From positions 19,351,653 through 19,415,652 of the forward strand of contig NC_134028.1 of assembly GCF_964204645.1 (NCBI RefSeq): a stretch of 64,000 nucleotides of DNA, given 5' to 3'. Below, one piece after another: positions 1 to 13,200 of this stretch. Source of the DNA: Tubulanus polymorphus (Eukaryota > Animalia > Nemertea). Under the pieces are notes generated by a model that saw only the letters and a list, made by a program, of their open reading frames with translations, was not told the DNA's origin and did no database searches. The position numbers and the translations under genes were made by a program. Position 1 is the stretch's first letter, and the number at the start of each line of letters is the position of its first letter.

Positions 1-2166
1 ATATTTTATACAACACATTTTATACCTGATAGATACTGTGACAACAGTTGATGTGAATTTACCAAATATTTTCATTTACATTGTCATCTTAAATTATTAT
101 CTCCACATCCTTGACTGTGTTTATCCCTTTTCACTCACATATTATCTATTACACAGATAGTAACACACTTTACTTCTGTATCAGTTTAATGGGGCTCTAA
201 GGTACTAGTTTTATAGAATTTACACAATTCCCAGGTATTGAATTGAATGACACTGGTATGTTAATAACAAAAAATGTGTATTTATCAATCAACTATATCA
301 CCGATATATCAAGTGAATCGCTTAAGTGATAAGTGATCCTTTGTGACTACAACAACCCCATATCTGAAGTGCACACTTCATATCTCCTTCCATAACATAA
401 GATACCTCCATAGTGTTAGCCAGGAGGCGCCGCCACCCTGTGGTGAACTAGAATACTAAAAGCTAGCAACCGGACTGTGTAGTGAAACCTACCAATTTTA
501 TCTATTTTCATTGCAAGATGAAGATAATTATCTTGCTTCCAACCATATATACATCTTCATGCAATTACAAAATAAGGAAGTTGTTATACCCAGGAGTCCT
601 TGTATAGCCTACATAACCCTATAGTCAAATATAATGAACTTATGATTCTGAAACATTGGCTGGGTTGTAACCAAACGGTTTTATTTTTATTAATATGATA
701 AAATTCAGGTGAGCTATGAGACCATTGGTCCACCTAAATAATTTAACGTAATGAGGACATTGCACCATTTTAAGCTGTGCACGTGGTGTTTGTGGTTCAG
801 GAGGGTAGCACAGTGACATGGGTACATCTATGCTTAAGGCAATTTTTATTTCAATGTGCCACTGATCTGAGAAAGTCATTTTTACAGTTATTGGACCTGA
901 AACACGGGGAATTGGAGTGGTTGGCAAATCATATTGGCCACGAAATGAATATTCACAAACAATTCTATCGTGATTCCACGGTCGAAATTGCGAAAGTGGG
1001 TTACTGCTGGCTACTGCTGGCAGTGGATTCCGGCGACATTGCTAACTTTAAAGGCATGAGCATCAACGACATAACTTTGGAAGGTACGTAAGTTAGTTGA
1101 GTTTTTATTTGTAAGGAACCATATACTTCTAAAGCAAAATTTCTACAATTTTGAGAGCCCTCACCGTATGTCAGCAAAATCATCAATTCATAGAATGAAT
1201 AAGAGTCTAAAATTTGTTAGTGTACATACTATTTGCCTAAACCATTCTTTGTTTAAGAAATGGATGACCTGACTGTTTTATGAAATCAGTTTGACCATTG
1301 TGAATGCAATGAAAAATTATAAAACTAATGTGGAAGATGCGTGAACAAAAATGCATATTATTTCTAGACACATGCCTATACTCCCCCTGCTATTCGGTTC
1401 CCGGCATTCCGCGTTTAGAGAACTACCTCCATGGACCCCTGGTTCCATCTCCCTTACAATAATTTCTCTAATGTCTAATCTTAGAACTTGAAGATAAAGG
1501 AACTGTGGACGATGAAACTGAAGATCTTCAGGAAGAGGTTGACACAATTGATGATGCTGTTTTGAATGATGCACTTCAAGGGCCCGGTATGTACTTATTC
1601 AGTTTGATACATGATAATGCAGTCTTAAATATATCTGACAGATTTTTCCATTAGTCAATTTTTATGCAATCGGCAGCCATCATAGTCTCGTCAGTCCTCG
1701 TAGATGCGTAGATGTGTAAAAGGTTTCTTTGATGAAAATCTCCACTGATTTTAACTTTTAGTCTTGATATTTGATCATTGTCAGCATCATCATTGCAGAC
1801 ATCTTTTCACATGGAATTGGGGCTTTCCAGACTTTTGAAATCACCGCTAGGGAGAATTAAAATTGAATCATATTCAATATTACATTTATATTTGTACCTT
1901 TGCATATTTTATAAACAGTCAATTGGCTTTTGAAAATGTGTAGCTTATGACATATTCTATAATGATTGGTTTTTCGGATCAACTGGTTTGATCCTTGTGT
2001 TAATGGTTCTGAGAGTAACTTTCTGTTAGCTCTTGGTGGCACAAATTGTAACCACTGGATATAACATAGCTGATATTTTGTTATTAGAAGAGAAATAGGT
2101 GTTGGATGTAACATGGAAAGTTTCATCCATCAGATAAAGTTGTTTGGGAGTAATGGTTGACCTTAT

Positions 2167-2256
2167 TTTTTGAAAATGACATTACTGGGAAAGCCCTTCA
2201 GCATGCAAGTTCAATGGATGCTGAAGGGCTTTTCCCAGTGACGTCATTATCAAGAA
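2167..2256. repeat. Imperfect hairpin/palindrome, probably the core of a MITE
   Basis: AATGACATTACTGGGAAAGCCCTTCAGCAT pairs with ATGCTGAAGGGCTTTTCCCAGTGACGTCATT around a ~13-nt loop. Confidence 0.6.
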
Positions 2257-3279
2257 CATAAATACAGAACATAGTATTGGTTGTTCAACCACGTGCTAGT
2301 GATTTATGGGGAAAAACCATTACCATGTATATCATAAAAACTAAATTGATTTTCATGCTCCAAAGTAAAACATACTCTTGATCCTACACTAGGGTATTGG
2401 ACCCATTGGCCTTTATTCATATGTTCACCAAGGGGCGGTGAACTACAAAATAATGGCATTTCCATACGTATTGGTACCTAGTTCATTGGGGTCTGTAAAT
2501 GTGTACCGGGGTGGGGGGTTGGTGGAGGGGAGCGTTAGATATTGAAATTGTCATGTTGTCCAGCATTTCACTAAGTGGGCATGGTGTCCCTAGCTTAATA
2601 TTTTGTGGTGGGAGGGAACATTGAGAAGTGATAGCTGTTGCCATTCACTGACAATTGATAATCTTAATACACATGTACAGACTGGATACTGACTTAGTAA
2701 ATATGCATATACTTTTCTGTACTCCTGATGGGTAAAACCCCTTTGCCAGCGGCAAGTTATTTTCATATGACAATTACTGATTTCTAGATAGTTCACATGG
2801 TAACAAAAGACAGAAAAAAACAAAGCAGAGAGTTATACTTATTAAGAAAATGAAAACCCAACACGAAACAGTTGTTCAACAAGGTATTTAATTCATTGTG
2901 TGAACTGTTTAAAATCAATTGACAAATCTGTATGAATATTTATAGATTTGAGAGATCTGTTAAATCAATCCTAAGGCTAAAAAATGATACCTTGTTTCCC
3001 TAATGAGCCAAGCCACTTTAGTCACAATTTTTTAGGCCCAACTCATCAAATATTATATCATATGAAAGCATTGACTATTTACTATAAAATAACAATAATT
3101 CCCTTGAATTTTCTGTGGAGTAATAGATGCTACATAGTGAAATTCCTGATTGCTAATGGGTTAATATGTAATAACCTATCATAGGGCTACGCTTTTTATC
3201 TCTTACATCTTATTCAGTTTTTTATAATGATATTGTTACGCATATAGGACAAGCTGTATAAGCACTGGCCAAGTGGACT

Positions 3280-3356
3280 AGTTCTATTGGTCTACTGGTT
3301 AGTACTCTTGCTTTCTACGTACGAGACCAAGGTTCGATCCCCGGTGAGTGCGCGTA
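3280..3356 (+). mobile_element. tRNA-derived SINE head or tRNA pseudogene
   Basis: A-box-like TGGTCTACTGGTTAG and B-box GGTTCGATCCC at tRNA-like spacing; acceptor and anticodon stems are degenerate. Confidence 0.5.
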
Positions 3357-3907
3357 ATTTCACTGTCACTTCTCTTAATCCTTACAATATCGCTTTAGAT
3401 AAAATGGTTCTTCGAGCAAAGAAAACAACTTAAGTTCCAGTCGATGAGGAAGAGAATACATCTGGTGAGGAGTGGAATGGTTGAAGTAATAATGAAACTG
3501 ATGAGAGTAATGAGAGTGATGATGTTGGTGATGACAATATTTTAGACCACACAGTAACAGCAAAGAGGATGAAATGGTCTGTAAAGGAGACAGATGAATT
3601 GATGGAATTTTTTAAGGAAGAGATAAGACAGAATTCTTACCCTAAATGTCGAGATTTTGAAAAGTTCTTCCAACAGTATCCACACCAAAGGTGTCGAAAG
3701 AAACAACAAATAAAATCCAAGCTGCAGTACATCATTAAAAAGAAATGAGTTACTGGTAATTGATAAATATATGTAGAAACTTGAAATTGTTTCACAATTT
3801 AGTGAAAAACTGTCAACCTCATTATAACAATGTCAGTTTTTAGCCCACTTGGGACTTAAACTTAGTCCACATCTATAGTAAATCCATTCCGATTCCCAGT
3901 CCCCGGG

Positions 3908-4200
3908 TGTAACATTTCATGTAACGATGTAAGACAACACGATCTCTTAGCTCTTTAAAAAGTAATCAGTTCAAAGTTCGATTAATTCTGCTACAGAAAT
4001 TGTCGATAATTCTTACGCTCTCCTCACTCTCTCCGCGTTCTCACGCTGCAACAGTTTAGAGTAGCTTATTAGGACCACATGTGCGTCCCAGCAACCCGCC
4101 ATACTGTATGTTAGTGAGAAATAAAGTATCTTCAGTTATAGTATAGAAACCACTGCGTCAACGTGTCTTCTTTTGAGTCTCTCTGATTCTGCTATAGTTC
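3908..4200 (+). mobile_element. Possible LTR fragment (BEL-like)
   Basis: Starts TGTAAC after CCCCGGG (similar to the BEL PPT context at 63790); AATAAA near 4119; no partner copy in the window. Confidence 0.3.
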
Positions 4201-4229
4201 CGGGCCTTGGACCCATGATTTTCCACAGA

Positions 4230-6761
4230 GTGGATTGTATAGATTTAATCGTATACCGTATGGAGTCAAAAAAGCTCTGGCTATCTTCCAACGTTTCATG
4301 GATAAGGTACTGGTAGGTTTAGAAGGTGCAGTAGCCAGTCCGGATAATATATTAGTTGCAACAAAAACAGTTGCCGAACATATTGTCTTATTGGAGACAA
4401 TATTTCGCAGATTTGAACAGGCTAATGTAACAGCCAATAGGGACAAATGTAGTTTCTTCATTCCGTCTGTAGAATATGTAGGTCATGTTGTGGATGCAGA
4501 AGGTATACATCCGACCTCAAGCAATGTTGAGGCCATTAAGGCAGTTCAGAAGCCTAAAAATGTTTCAGAACTTAGGACTTATCTGGGTATGCTTAATCAT
4601 TACGATAAATTTCTTCCGAATTTGTCTACGGTGCTTCATCCAATGCACAGGCTTCTCAGGAAGGGTGTCGCATGGACATGGTCGAAGGAATGTGACCAAG
4701 CATTTAATAAGTCAAAAGAGTTCCTTATAAGTAACCACTTCTCGTACACTTTGATCCACATGCTCCTCTGACAACCAGCTTGCGATGCGTCTCCTAATGC
4801 TATAAGTGCAGTTTTGTCTAAAAGACTTCCTGGTGGTACTGAAAAGCCCATACTATTTGGTAACCGGACTCTTTCAACCGCTGAAATGAATTATGCTCAT
4901 GGTGAAAAAGAGGCTCTTTCTCTTATATTTGGAGTAAAACATTTTCATAAATGCTTATTCGGGAGATCATTTGAATTGATTACAGATCATAAACCTTTGA
5001 TTAAAATTCTGTCGCGTATATGTCAGATATGCTGTCACGTTTTCCAAATGCTGCATCGCCAATGGATGCTACTGAGTTGCCAATTAACTACTTCACATAG
5101 TTGAACTCCCTTCCGATAACATCTGATAATATTGCTCAGGCTACTGTTAAAGATAAAATTCTTGTTAGAGTAATGCAATATATTATGACTGGGTGGCCTA
5201 ACCACTGTACAGATGATAACTTGATGCCTTAAGAGATGAACTCTCCGTAGATCAAAACTGTATATTGTGGAGTCTACGTGTTATTATACCTGAATCTCTA
5301 AGATCTGTCATTCTTAAGGAACTACATTCGGAACACTTTGGCATAGTGTCTACCACGGCGTTGGCCAGAAGCTATATGTGGTATCCTAACCTAGATAGAG
5401 AAAAAATAGAGTCAGATAGAGAAAATGTGTGCTGATGGTTATATCTGCCAAAGTTTACGTAATAGTCCACCAAAGGTTCCTTTGATTCCATGGCAACCAT
5501 CTGTAGGTCCCTGGGATCGCATTCACATTGATTTGTTTACACTTGAATCGAAAGATTACTTGGTAATAGTTGATACATTTTCCAAGTGGTTAGAATGTTT
5601 TTATATGAAATCAACAACTGCTCCATGTGTAATTAATGTGCTCAGATCTGTTTTTGCTAGGGAAGGTCTTTGTAGAGAATTGGTTTCAGATAATGGACCA
5701 CAGTTTAGCAGGTCTATCGAGTGTACTGAGTTTCTGAAAACTGACGGTGTAAAGTATTCTCCGATACTGTCTTATCATCCTAGCTCAAATGGTGCTGCTG
5801 AGCGTAGTGTACAAATAGTAAAACGTGCTCTTAAAAAGCATCTGCTAATGCAGAAATCTGGTCAAGCATCTTATGATGACCGTCCTGATAACTTTTTGTT
5901 TATGTATAGAACTAATACTCACAGTGTAACAGGTAGAAGTCCTTATTTAGCAGACTTATTTAGGAAAAGACATCTCAGGACTAGATTAGTTTTATTAAAA
6001 CCTGATGTTCAATCCAAGGTAAGAGATAAACCGGTGTTACAGAAACAGAATCATGACAAGCATGTCAAGTTTAGAGTTTTCTGTTGGTGACAATGTAATG
6101 GTTAAAAGTACTCGTGCTGGGTTGATAAAATACCTTGATGGCAGGGTTGTAGAACGTAAAGGTACATACACATGTCTTGTGCGCATCGGTAATGTTATCA
6201 GATTTTGCCACATTGACCATTTCTTGGGATGTGGTGAAGTGTCTAGAAAACCTAGTAGTAATGAAGGCCCAGTACAGCCTACACATAACTCTGAACTTGA
6301 GGTCATGCGTTCTAATTATGTTCATGTATCACCATCTGTAAATGTTGAACCTGTTTCAGTTACTCCCGATGTTCAAACATCTGAGGCTGAGGCTGCTGCT
6401 GCTGCAAATTCCCAATCATTTCGGATCCCAGCAGTTCTTGAGCCTGTCTCTGGCAACTCGCCTAATGTTCAAAGTTCTCCAGCTGTGAGGACATCTTCAG
6501 GGAGAATTATCAACCGCCCAAGATGGCTTATTTCTGAAACCTAATCTTATTTTGTGTAACCTATAAAAAAAATACCAAATTGGTTTATTGTAATTGGTTT
6601 ATTTCAATGTTTTGTATTTACACAATATTATGTTTTCAACTGGTGGGAAGGAGTGTAATGTATGTGACTGGCGATACTTAGCATGACTAATAAAGACACT
6701 TCCGGTTTAGTAAATCATGGCTTCGTGTTTGTAATCTTGAGTATATCCAAAATACATCACA
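4230..6761 (+). mobile_element. Degenerate Ty3/Gypsy retrotransposon 3' half (RT, RNase H, integrase, PPT, ~108-bp 3' LTR)
   Basis: RT YRFNRIPYG...FQRFMD with YxDD decayed to SPDN. RNase H CDAS..ISAVL, EKEAL, TDHKPL. Integrase WDRIHID, SDNGPQF, SNGAAER. PPT GGTGGGAAGGAG 6642-6653. LTR TGTAATG(6654)...AATAAA...CATCACA(6761). Several stops and frameshifts. Confidence 0.9.
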
Positions 6762-9700
6762 TCTATGTTAATGTTGGTAGCTTTGACGACTTTGTAGTAC
6801 CCGATTCACCAAACTCCCCCACTCCTGTTCCTGATACCATTTATGTCCCTAAAGATGGTGAATTTTTGTCCGCTGATTCGTCTAAACAAGCTAAAGAAAT
6901 AGATCATGAAAAAAATTGCTTGAAACAAATCTCGATAATTCTCTCCCGGATATACAATACAGAACATCATCTCCAAAAAACAGCAGGCGAAATGACAGTA
7001 ATTTCTCGGTTGATTTTGGGTTAGACAGTGACCAATGTCAGTATGTGGAATAAAAAAATGATGAGAAAGATTTGAATCCTCTCATTGGTGCCAAATTAAA
7101 TGAGGCAAAGCCACCTATGCCGTTTCCAGAGGAGTCTAAATATGCAACTAATGCCGAAGCAATTGCACCTTTTAAAATGCCCAATAAATCAGTAGCCTCC
7201 ATTGCTGATCCGAATTATCCACTGGCATCATCAAATTGTTACGAATCCTTAAATCTTGAAGTATTAAATTTTAGTTTACGTACAGACAAATCTATATTAC
7301 AGTCTAGGCGATTTGTTGACTCGTCTCCAGAAAAAAGCTAGCAAAATTGGGCATCCATCCTACTTAAAATCATTTGGCCTTGACCCAAAGATCATACTGA
7401 AAAGAGATGGGAAGAATTTTGTACCTATCTCCACACTATCGACCTTTGTATTCAGTAGTAAATGTCCTTTGACACGCACTGAAGTCTTTCTTAGAAACTG
7501 TTTAACCAAGGCCATGCTGACTCCCAATGATACCGAAAACCCTATTACAATTTCGAGAGGCATTGGTTGTCAAGTTGAAACTAGTTGCAAGTCCTTCTTG
7601 AGCGCACATGAACTAAACGATATTTCTGATCGTTTTAAAGCTTCAGACCGATTATTTGACCAACTTAGACAAAAAATGCCAAAGCATTTTAGCAGCTCAC
7701 GCAAAGTGAAAAGTCTAAGATCGCAATACAAAGAAGAATTTAGGGCTATTCTACAACCAACCAGGCTTCCCACAGGCTGGAAGATTGACGTCGATAACTT
7801 GATGTACTTACCATCATTGTTGTATTACTGGCCCCCCAAAATAACCAAAATTGGTGTCTCTACGAAGATTCTCGAGAATACGGAAAAAAACATTCGGTTG
7901 CGATAACCATCAATAACATCGACCACGTGAAAGCAATTAGGAGTGTCAAGTATCATGGTCTGCATGATATATTTGTCCTGGCAATCTTTTATGGGAAAGA
8001 TGGCAGGCCCAATCTCGAGAGTAATGTAGGAGACGGCTGTGGTGGGCCCGGTTGGTTAAATAATGTCGTCCATGATTTACATGAAAATAGCCACAATGTA
8101 TTCCTAACCCGTGACAGTGTCTTTATGGACAATATTCTTGCAGAATCTGGTCTGGGGACATTAACTACCGAAGGTTTCAATATCTACACCACAGAAAATA
8201 AGGAATCAGTTCTTCAGTTTAATAAGGTAACAGGTCGAAGGTCAGATTTACCCAAGGCAATAAACAGGCAGCATGGGGCACAGCAGGGTCACCCTCTGAT
8301 ACCATGTCATATAAGGAAACATTTGAAAGGCTTTTTCATACTTTTGGGAGAATGTATAAAATGCTTCGGAAAGATGTAAGACCTCAGAGAAAGGCAGGTG
8401 TGCCTTCGAATTCCAACTGTCTCTCAGATTTTGAGACCAATATAACATTTGATTTGCAATCATATGTAGATCTTTCGGACGCATTTCATTGTTTGCTTGG
8501 CCTACTATTTCCTGAGTCATACCCAATGCCATACATGATGAAATTTATCGACACGGTACCCTTACTCATCAATGCGTTGGGAGAAATACCAATCTTTCGA
8601 TTATCAACAGAGGGACCAGAGCATTTGCACTGTTTACATTCAACTTATTTCTACCAGAAAACATCGAGGGGTGGTGGTACATATCCAATTGATACAATTA
8701 TACAACTCTTTGAGTTACAGTACCGTAAACTGGCCACTAGACTACGCGAATATGCGAAAAGTGATGACGAAAACAAGAAGGGTCTAGAGAAAATCTATAC
8801 GAACTATGCTGAAAGAATGTGTGCAGCTGTAAAAATTCAAAAATATACCCGAGGTTGGCTGGCAAGAAGGCATTCATGTCATGCCAACCTAAAGGTGATG
8901 ATGGTCTTTCCGCTGTGGACACACGGAACACGTTGAACTAGTTACTGAAAAGAATTGTTCTCCCAAAAATTGCATATATCACAGTTCAAAAACAAACGTT
9001 TTCACTGGATGGAACTTCCTATTATTTGGTCGAACGCCTTCGGGTTACAGTAAAGACAGTTTCTCTAAACTGATAATGAGTAAAGGTGGAGGGTTCTAAA
9101 TCTTCCAAAAAGTAAGATTCCTTCAATGGAAACTCGTCTTAAAATAGCAGAAGTAAATAGTCAGAACACGCTGAATGGGGCATCAAAGGATGGTTGGATC
9201 GCCACCGCACTGAAGAGAAATTGGCCTCTATTGTCACATTCTTTGTTTTTAGAACAAAATGTATCGGCTAATTTCGAAGATCACATCCTAGATACCAGCA
9301 AGGTTAAGTCATATTTCCACACAAAAACATTTCGGAATGCAATAAAGAAAGGGCGCTGCAGTGCCCTCATGGAACTGCGCAAAAAACGTAAAATCGTAAC
9401 TGAATCGTTGTTGGATACACCTCAGAAAAAAGCTAAACGTAGTGCGAAATCGGGCAAACGTCGTTACAATAGTCAGTCCAATCCACCAAAGAGCAACAAC
9501 ACCATTTCTGTATTACAGGAGCCAACATTTGAAGGAATCTATTGATAAGCATGGTTCATTTTCTTTGGCTAACAAGGCACTAGCAGAAAAGTGAAATCCC
9601 TTGATCCAAATGAGAAAAGTGATTTTAAGGTTCAGACCACGGCAAATTTTCTTTTGAAAAAACGGTTAGTATATAACCGTATGTTCTTAAAAAATCAGCA

Positions 9701-9830
9701 AGTTGATAAAAACAAGCGGAATCAGGAGGAAGAAAACTTATCTGCCGAAGAGTGTCAAGTTAGTTCTGAAGCTTAATGACATCAAAAATAAATGCAGAGA
9801 AGTAATTATTTCGATGAGGGTAAAAGGGTA
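6762..9830 (+). pseudogene. Frameshifted RAG1/Transib-like DDE transposase relic with an IQ motif
   Basis: Collinear + strand ORF fragments: LYEDSREYGKKHSVAITI (putative D1, 7867), IFVLAIFYGKD, FLTRDSVF (putative D2, 8113), PYMMKFIDTVP..GEI...STEGPE..FYQKTSRGG (resembles RAG1 SEGNE, 8604-8621), then AAVKIQKYTRGWLARR. Confidence 0.5.
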
Positions 9831-10561
9831 ACGACACAATGTAAGATTTTCGCTTGATAACTTAGGCGACGAGAATCGTCCGTACAATCCAAATAGTTCA
9901 AATCTGGAATTGATATACTTTGTGACATTATACAAATTTACAACTAGGGGTTCGTTTTCTATGCATACATTATCATCCTGCAGTGTCTTGATGGGTCAGG
10001 TCAAGCCCTTTCTTCCCATTCCTTGAACACTGGGCGAAAATGAATAATCGAACCTTGCAATTACGTGACAATAACGTAGATCGAGCATACCAAGACTATT
10101 TTAAAAAACCTGAAATACACTCCACATGAATTAACAAACTATCATCCCAATCAGCAGATACAAACCGAATGTTCAGGCTGCTGTAGGGTGTCCCACAAAA
10201 TTATTGTCAATTAAAAATTAATTATTGTGTGATGATTAGTAATGGAAATTTCAAAATAATAGGCTGAGTTTACTACCTGTGACCGAAATTTTGGGTTATT
10301 TGGCTATGCATGAATGATTAAAATTGATTCAATTAGGGAACTGAACATTTTGAGGCCCAATAAAGCCAAACAAGCGAAGTTTTCAAGTGGTCATTTTCAT
10401 TTACTTGTTTGAATAAATGGTGAACTTTTTAAGTCCAGCATTTGTCATGACTGATATGCTATATTCTACATTTCAATATATTATAAGTTTACAGTCTATG
10501 GTTTTGTATACAGTATTCTCAAGTTGGCATCCAGTCATATCACAATCTATTCTCAATCAAC

Positions 10562-11290
10562 TGTAAAATGTTAACCGACCATATAATCATGCACGCTATA
10601 TACAGTCCTCTGAATAAAGCTGTTAGACGTTCGAGTTCATATTACTACACCGTGTTGGTCGTTTACTTTGGGTCCGCCGCATTCCAGACATTTGGTCCTC
10701 CAGCCTCTACTAGTGATTTGGAAATTGAGAAAATGGAGAAACTCAAAGGGTCAGCCCAAGGTGCAGCCCACCGAGGACAATTTACTAAGCTGAAGCCTAA
10801 ATGTGACCAGTAGTTGCACGCGGAAAATCTAGTAGAAGGTAGGTCATTTTTGAAAAATATGAATTCAAAATCGGAACTCTTAGAAAGTTGGGACTGTCAA
10901 ATCTTAGAGGAAGCCAATGTGTCTACCACAGCTTATACAGACTTGGCAGTCGAATTCAACGAGTACATTTGTGAACGGAAGCTTGAGGTGGACACTTTAG
11001 AAATGGCTTTCAGTGAACTGGCATTAGGGATGAAAGCTTTTCACCAATTCACCACCAATTCACAAATTTCGCGGGTCAGTCGATTAACTTACCGAGTCTA
11101 AGAATTCTTGTATTTAGTGGTCAGTTGAAGTGGCAATCTTTCTGGGATCTGTTTATCGCCACAGTGGATAATCAGACCAGATTATCAGATATTGAAAAGT
11201 TCAGACACCTTTTGTGTTATTTAAACGGTGAGGCCAAGACTACAGTAGAAGGGTTAACGTTGTCGGCAGCGAATTATCGGCAAAGAAATT
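10562..11290 (+). mobile_element. BEL/Pao relic: 5' LTR, PBS and gag (DUF1759-like) fragment
   Basis: TGT...AATAAA...AGACA(10690) followed by PBS-like TTTGGTCCTCC. Peptide KWQSFWDLF...LSDIEKFRHL..YLNGEAK..VEGLTLSAANY is homologous to the gag at 58709. Confidence 0.8.
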
Positions 11291-11427
11291 ACTTGTTGCA
11301 CGTTAGGCTCAACCGCAAAAAATTGCCAGGTGGACTGTGGTCGGCCTTTAAGTTTCTTTGTGTAACGTATTGCTTCAGCTTAAGCCAAGCACACAGGGGT
11401 CTGAGGATGAAGGCCCATCAAATATTA

Positions 11428-12360
11428 TGTTAATATGAAGAATGTAATTCAACCATAGGTCCTTGACGTATGAAATCTTACCCATGATCTATAGCAATAA
11501 ACTGTATTCGCTTGTTCAAAAGTGTCTCTTCTTGTCATCTCTAGGAAGTCTCTCATCACAAACATGGTGTCAGAGGTTCAAAAAGAAAGCTCCATGTTGC
11601 GGATAGGAGAGAATATATCATACATCATGACGATTACCAAGTGCAAGTAGGAAGTCGTTGAAAATCACTGAATGAAGTGATTTGAAGCGAAGCTTTCCGA
11701 ACTGGAAGTGAAGTACATGGCTAAATTGAGTTTTGAAACCTTACTGTACTGTAGTCGGAAAAATGGCACATCATTCTATTCCCGTGCCAGCACCAATGGA
11801 CTTGAAGGGCTATGTCCCTAACAACTGGTCTTTCTTTAAAGACAGTGTTACTATTTCGATGATACAGGCCTTGATAAGAAAGATTCTTAGATAAAAGCTG
11901 CAACGATTCAAGCTGTTATGGTGAAAGAGGCAGCAATCAGTTTAAGAAATCTCAAGTCAACTGACACTGAGAGAAGAGATTATCATAAATTAATTCAAGA
12001 GTTAGAAAGCTATTTTGTCATCCTGCAACATGGAATTCATGAATGTTTCATTTTTTGAAATTGCACGCAAGGAAGTAACTCAATCGATTCGTATGTTATC
12101 GGACTTCGTAAGTTGGCATCTACTTGCTAATACGGTGATGGAACCGATGTGCAGATCAGAGACAAGTTAGCATGGCGTGTCTAGTAAAAACCTTCATAAG
12201 AAACATTTGTGTGAAAGGAACTTATCATCCCAATCAAGGTCATTGCAATTTTATAATGCAAAGGCTAAGAATTTTCAAGCCAAAAACAGTTTTTTTGATA
12301 ATGAAGCCAACCATGTCATTGACTGTTTGGCATATCTTCAATCATATCAATAAATACGTC
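11428..12360 (+). mobile_element. Gypsy relic: short 5' LTR, PBS and decayed gag
   Basis: TGTTAATATG...AATAAA...CACAAACA(~11564), then PBS TGGTGTCAGA. Decayed gag peptide YVIGLRKLASTC*YG...IRDKL near 12090-12170. Confidence 0.65.
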
Positions 12361-12744
12361 ATTTAGGCCAAAAACGAAAGAAACCAATGCTCACATAAAA
12401 AACATACCGCAATTTTACATAATGGGCTCAATGGCCACGCTACTATCGCTAACAAAGGTAAACCAAAAATCGCCAAATTGCACTGCACTGCACCAGCATG
12501 GATGTAAAAATGACCCTGATGTTCGAAATCAAACCGTGCTTATGACCAGTATTTCTGAACTGATTTTTACAAATGAGGGCTTTTTGGAAAATCAATAACG
12601 ACTACCAAGCAGGAATTGGTATCGGTGATACTTGAGAAATTATGCTATTCAAAAGCAATACGAAGGAAACAACCAGCTATTGACTCAGTTCTGCAGATGT
12701 AGCGTCATAGAATATTACAATTTTAACTGGCACAAGATATACAG

Positions 12745-13200
12745 GGATTGGGTAATGTTTTCCAAGTTAGATGGGTGCAATTTTCTAAACCAGACAAACT
12801 AGTTTAAGTCTTTAAACCAGAGAGTTAAATCAATCATTTCTAGTCATGCGTCTCTGGAAGAATTAGTGAACAGGCTTTCTGGCTTTCTATTGAAAACTGT
12901 GTAAAATGAACAAGATTTTTTTGCACCCCAGATTGTTCCGAGGTTTGCGCTTGTGCCATACAAAGATTCATCTGCGGAATTCCATTACCAGAAGCTCTTG
13001 ATGCCTCATACTTTCCACTTAGTGAAACAACAGCTTGATATGTCAGCAAAGGTGGCACAGTTATCCAGAAAGGAACGAGGCACAGCAAAATGTAAAGTGA
13101 CAGAAGGGGTACTTACCGAGACTTCCTCTTCATGTGAATGTTTGTTCCGTAAGTCGATTGGATTTATTACCCTGTCGTCATATTTTTGCATATCTGGAAC
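12745..13200 (+). pseudogene. MULE/Mutator (ZSWIM-type) transposase fragment with SWIM finger
   Basis: W...FLNQTN*FKSLNQRVKSII (region of the catalytic E), then SSCECLFRKSIG-(frameshift)-LPCRHIF, i.e. CxCx(n)CxH. Confidence 0.7.

Larger units (their letters stand above)
855..3748 (+). pseudogene. Crypton-like tyrosine recombinase gene relic (3' part; spliced; C-terminal Myb/SANT-like domain)
   Basis: Peptide TDLRKSF..LLDLKHGELEWLANHIGHEMNIHKQFYR..TVEIAKV matches the YR box II pattern (R...GH....H...Y). Donor GAAG|GTACGT at ~1084. Acidic exon ~1485-1587 (ELEDKGTVDDETED). Last exon 3399-3748 ends KRMKWSVKETDELMEFFKEEI...IKSKLQYIIKKK* and contains in-frame stops. Confidence 0.6.

Noticed and set aside
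3280-3356. Functional tRNA gene
   Set aside because: A and B boxes are present but the cloverleaf stems do not pair properly; kept only as a SINE/pseudogene call.
10184-10560. TAGGGTG start suggesting a hATm terminus
   Set aside because: No matching opposite end or TSD was found in the window.
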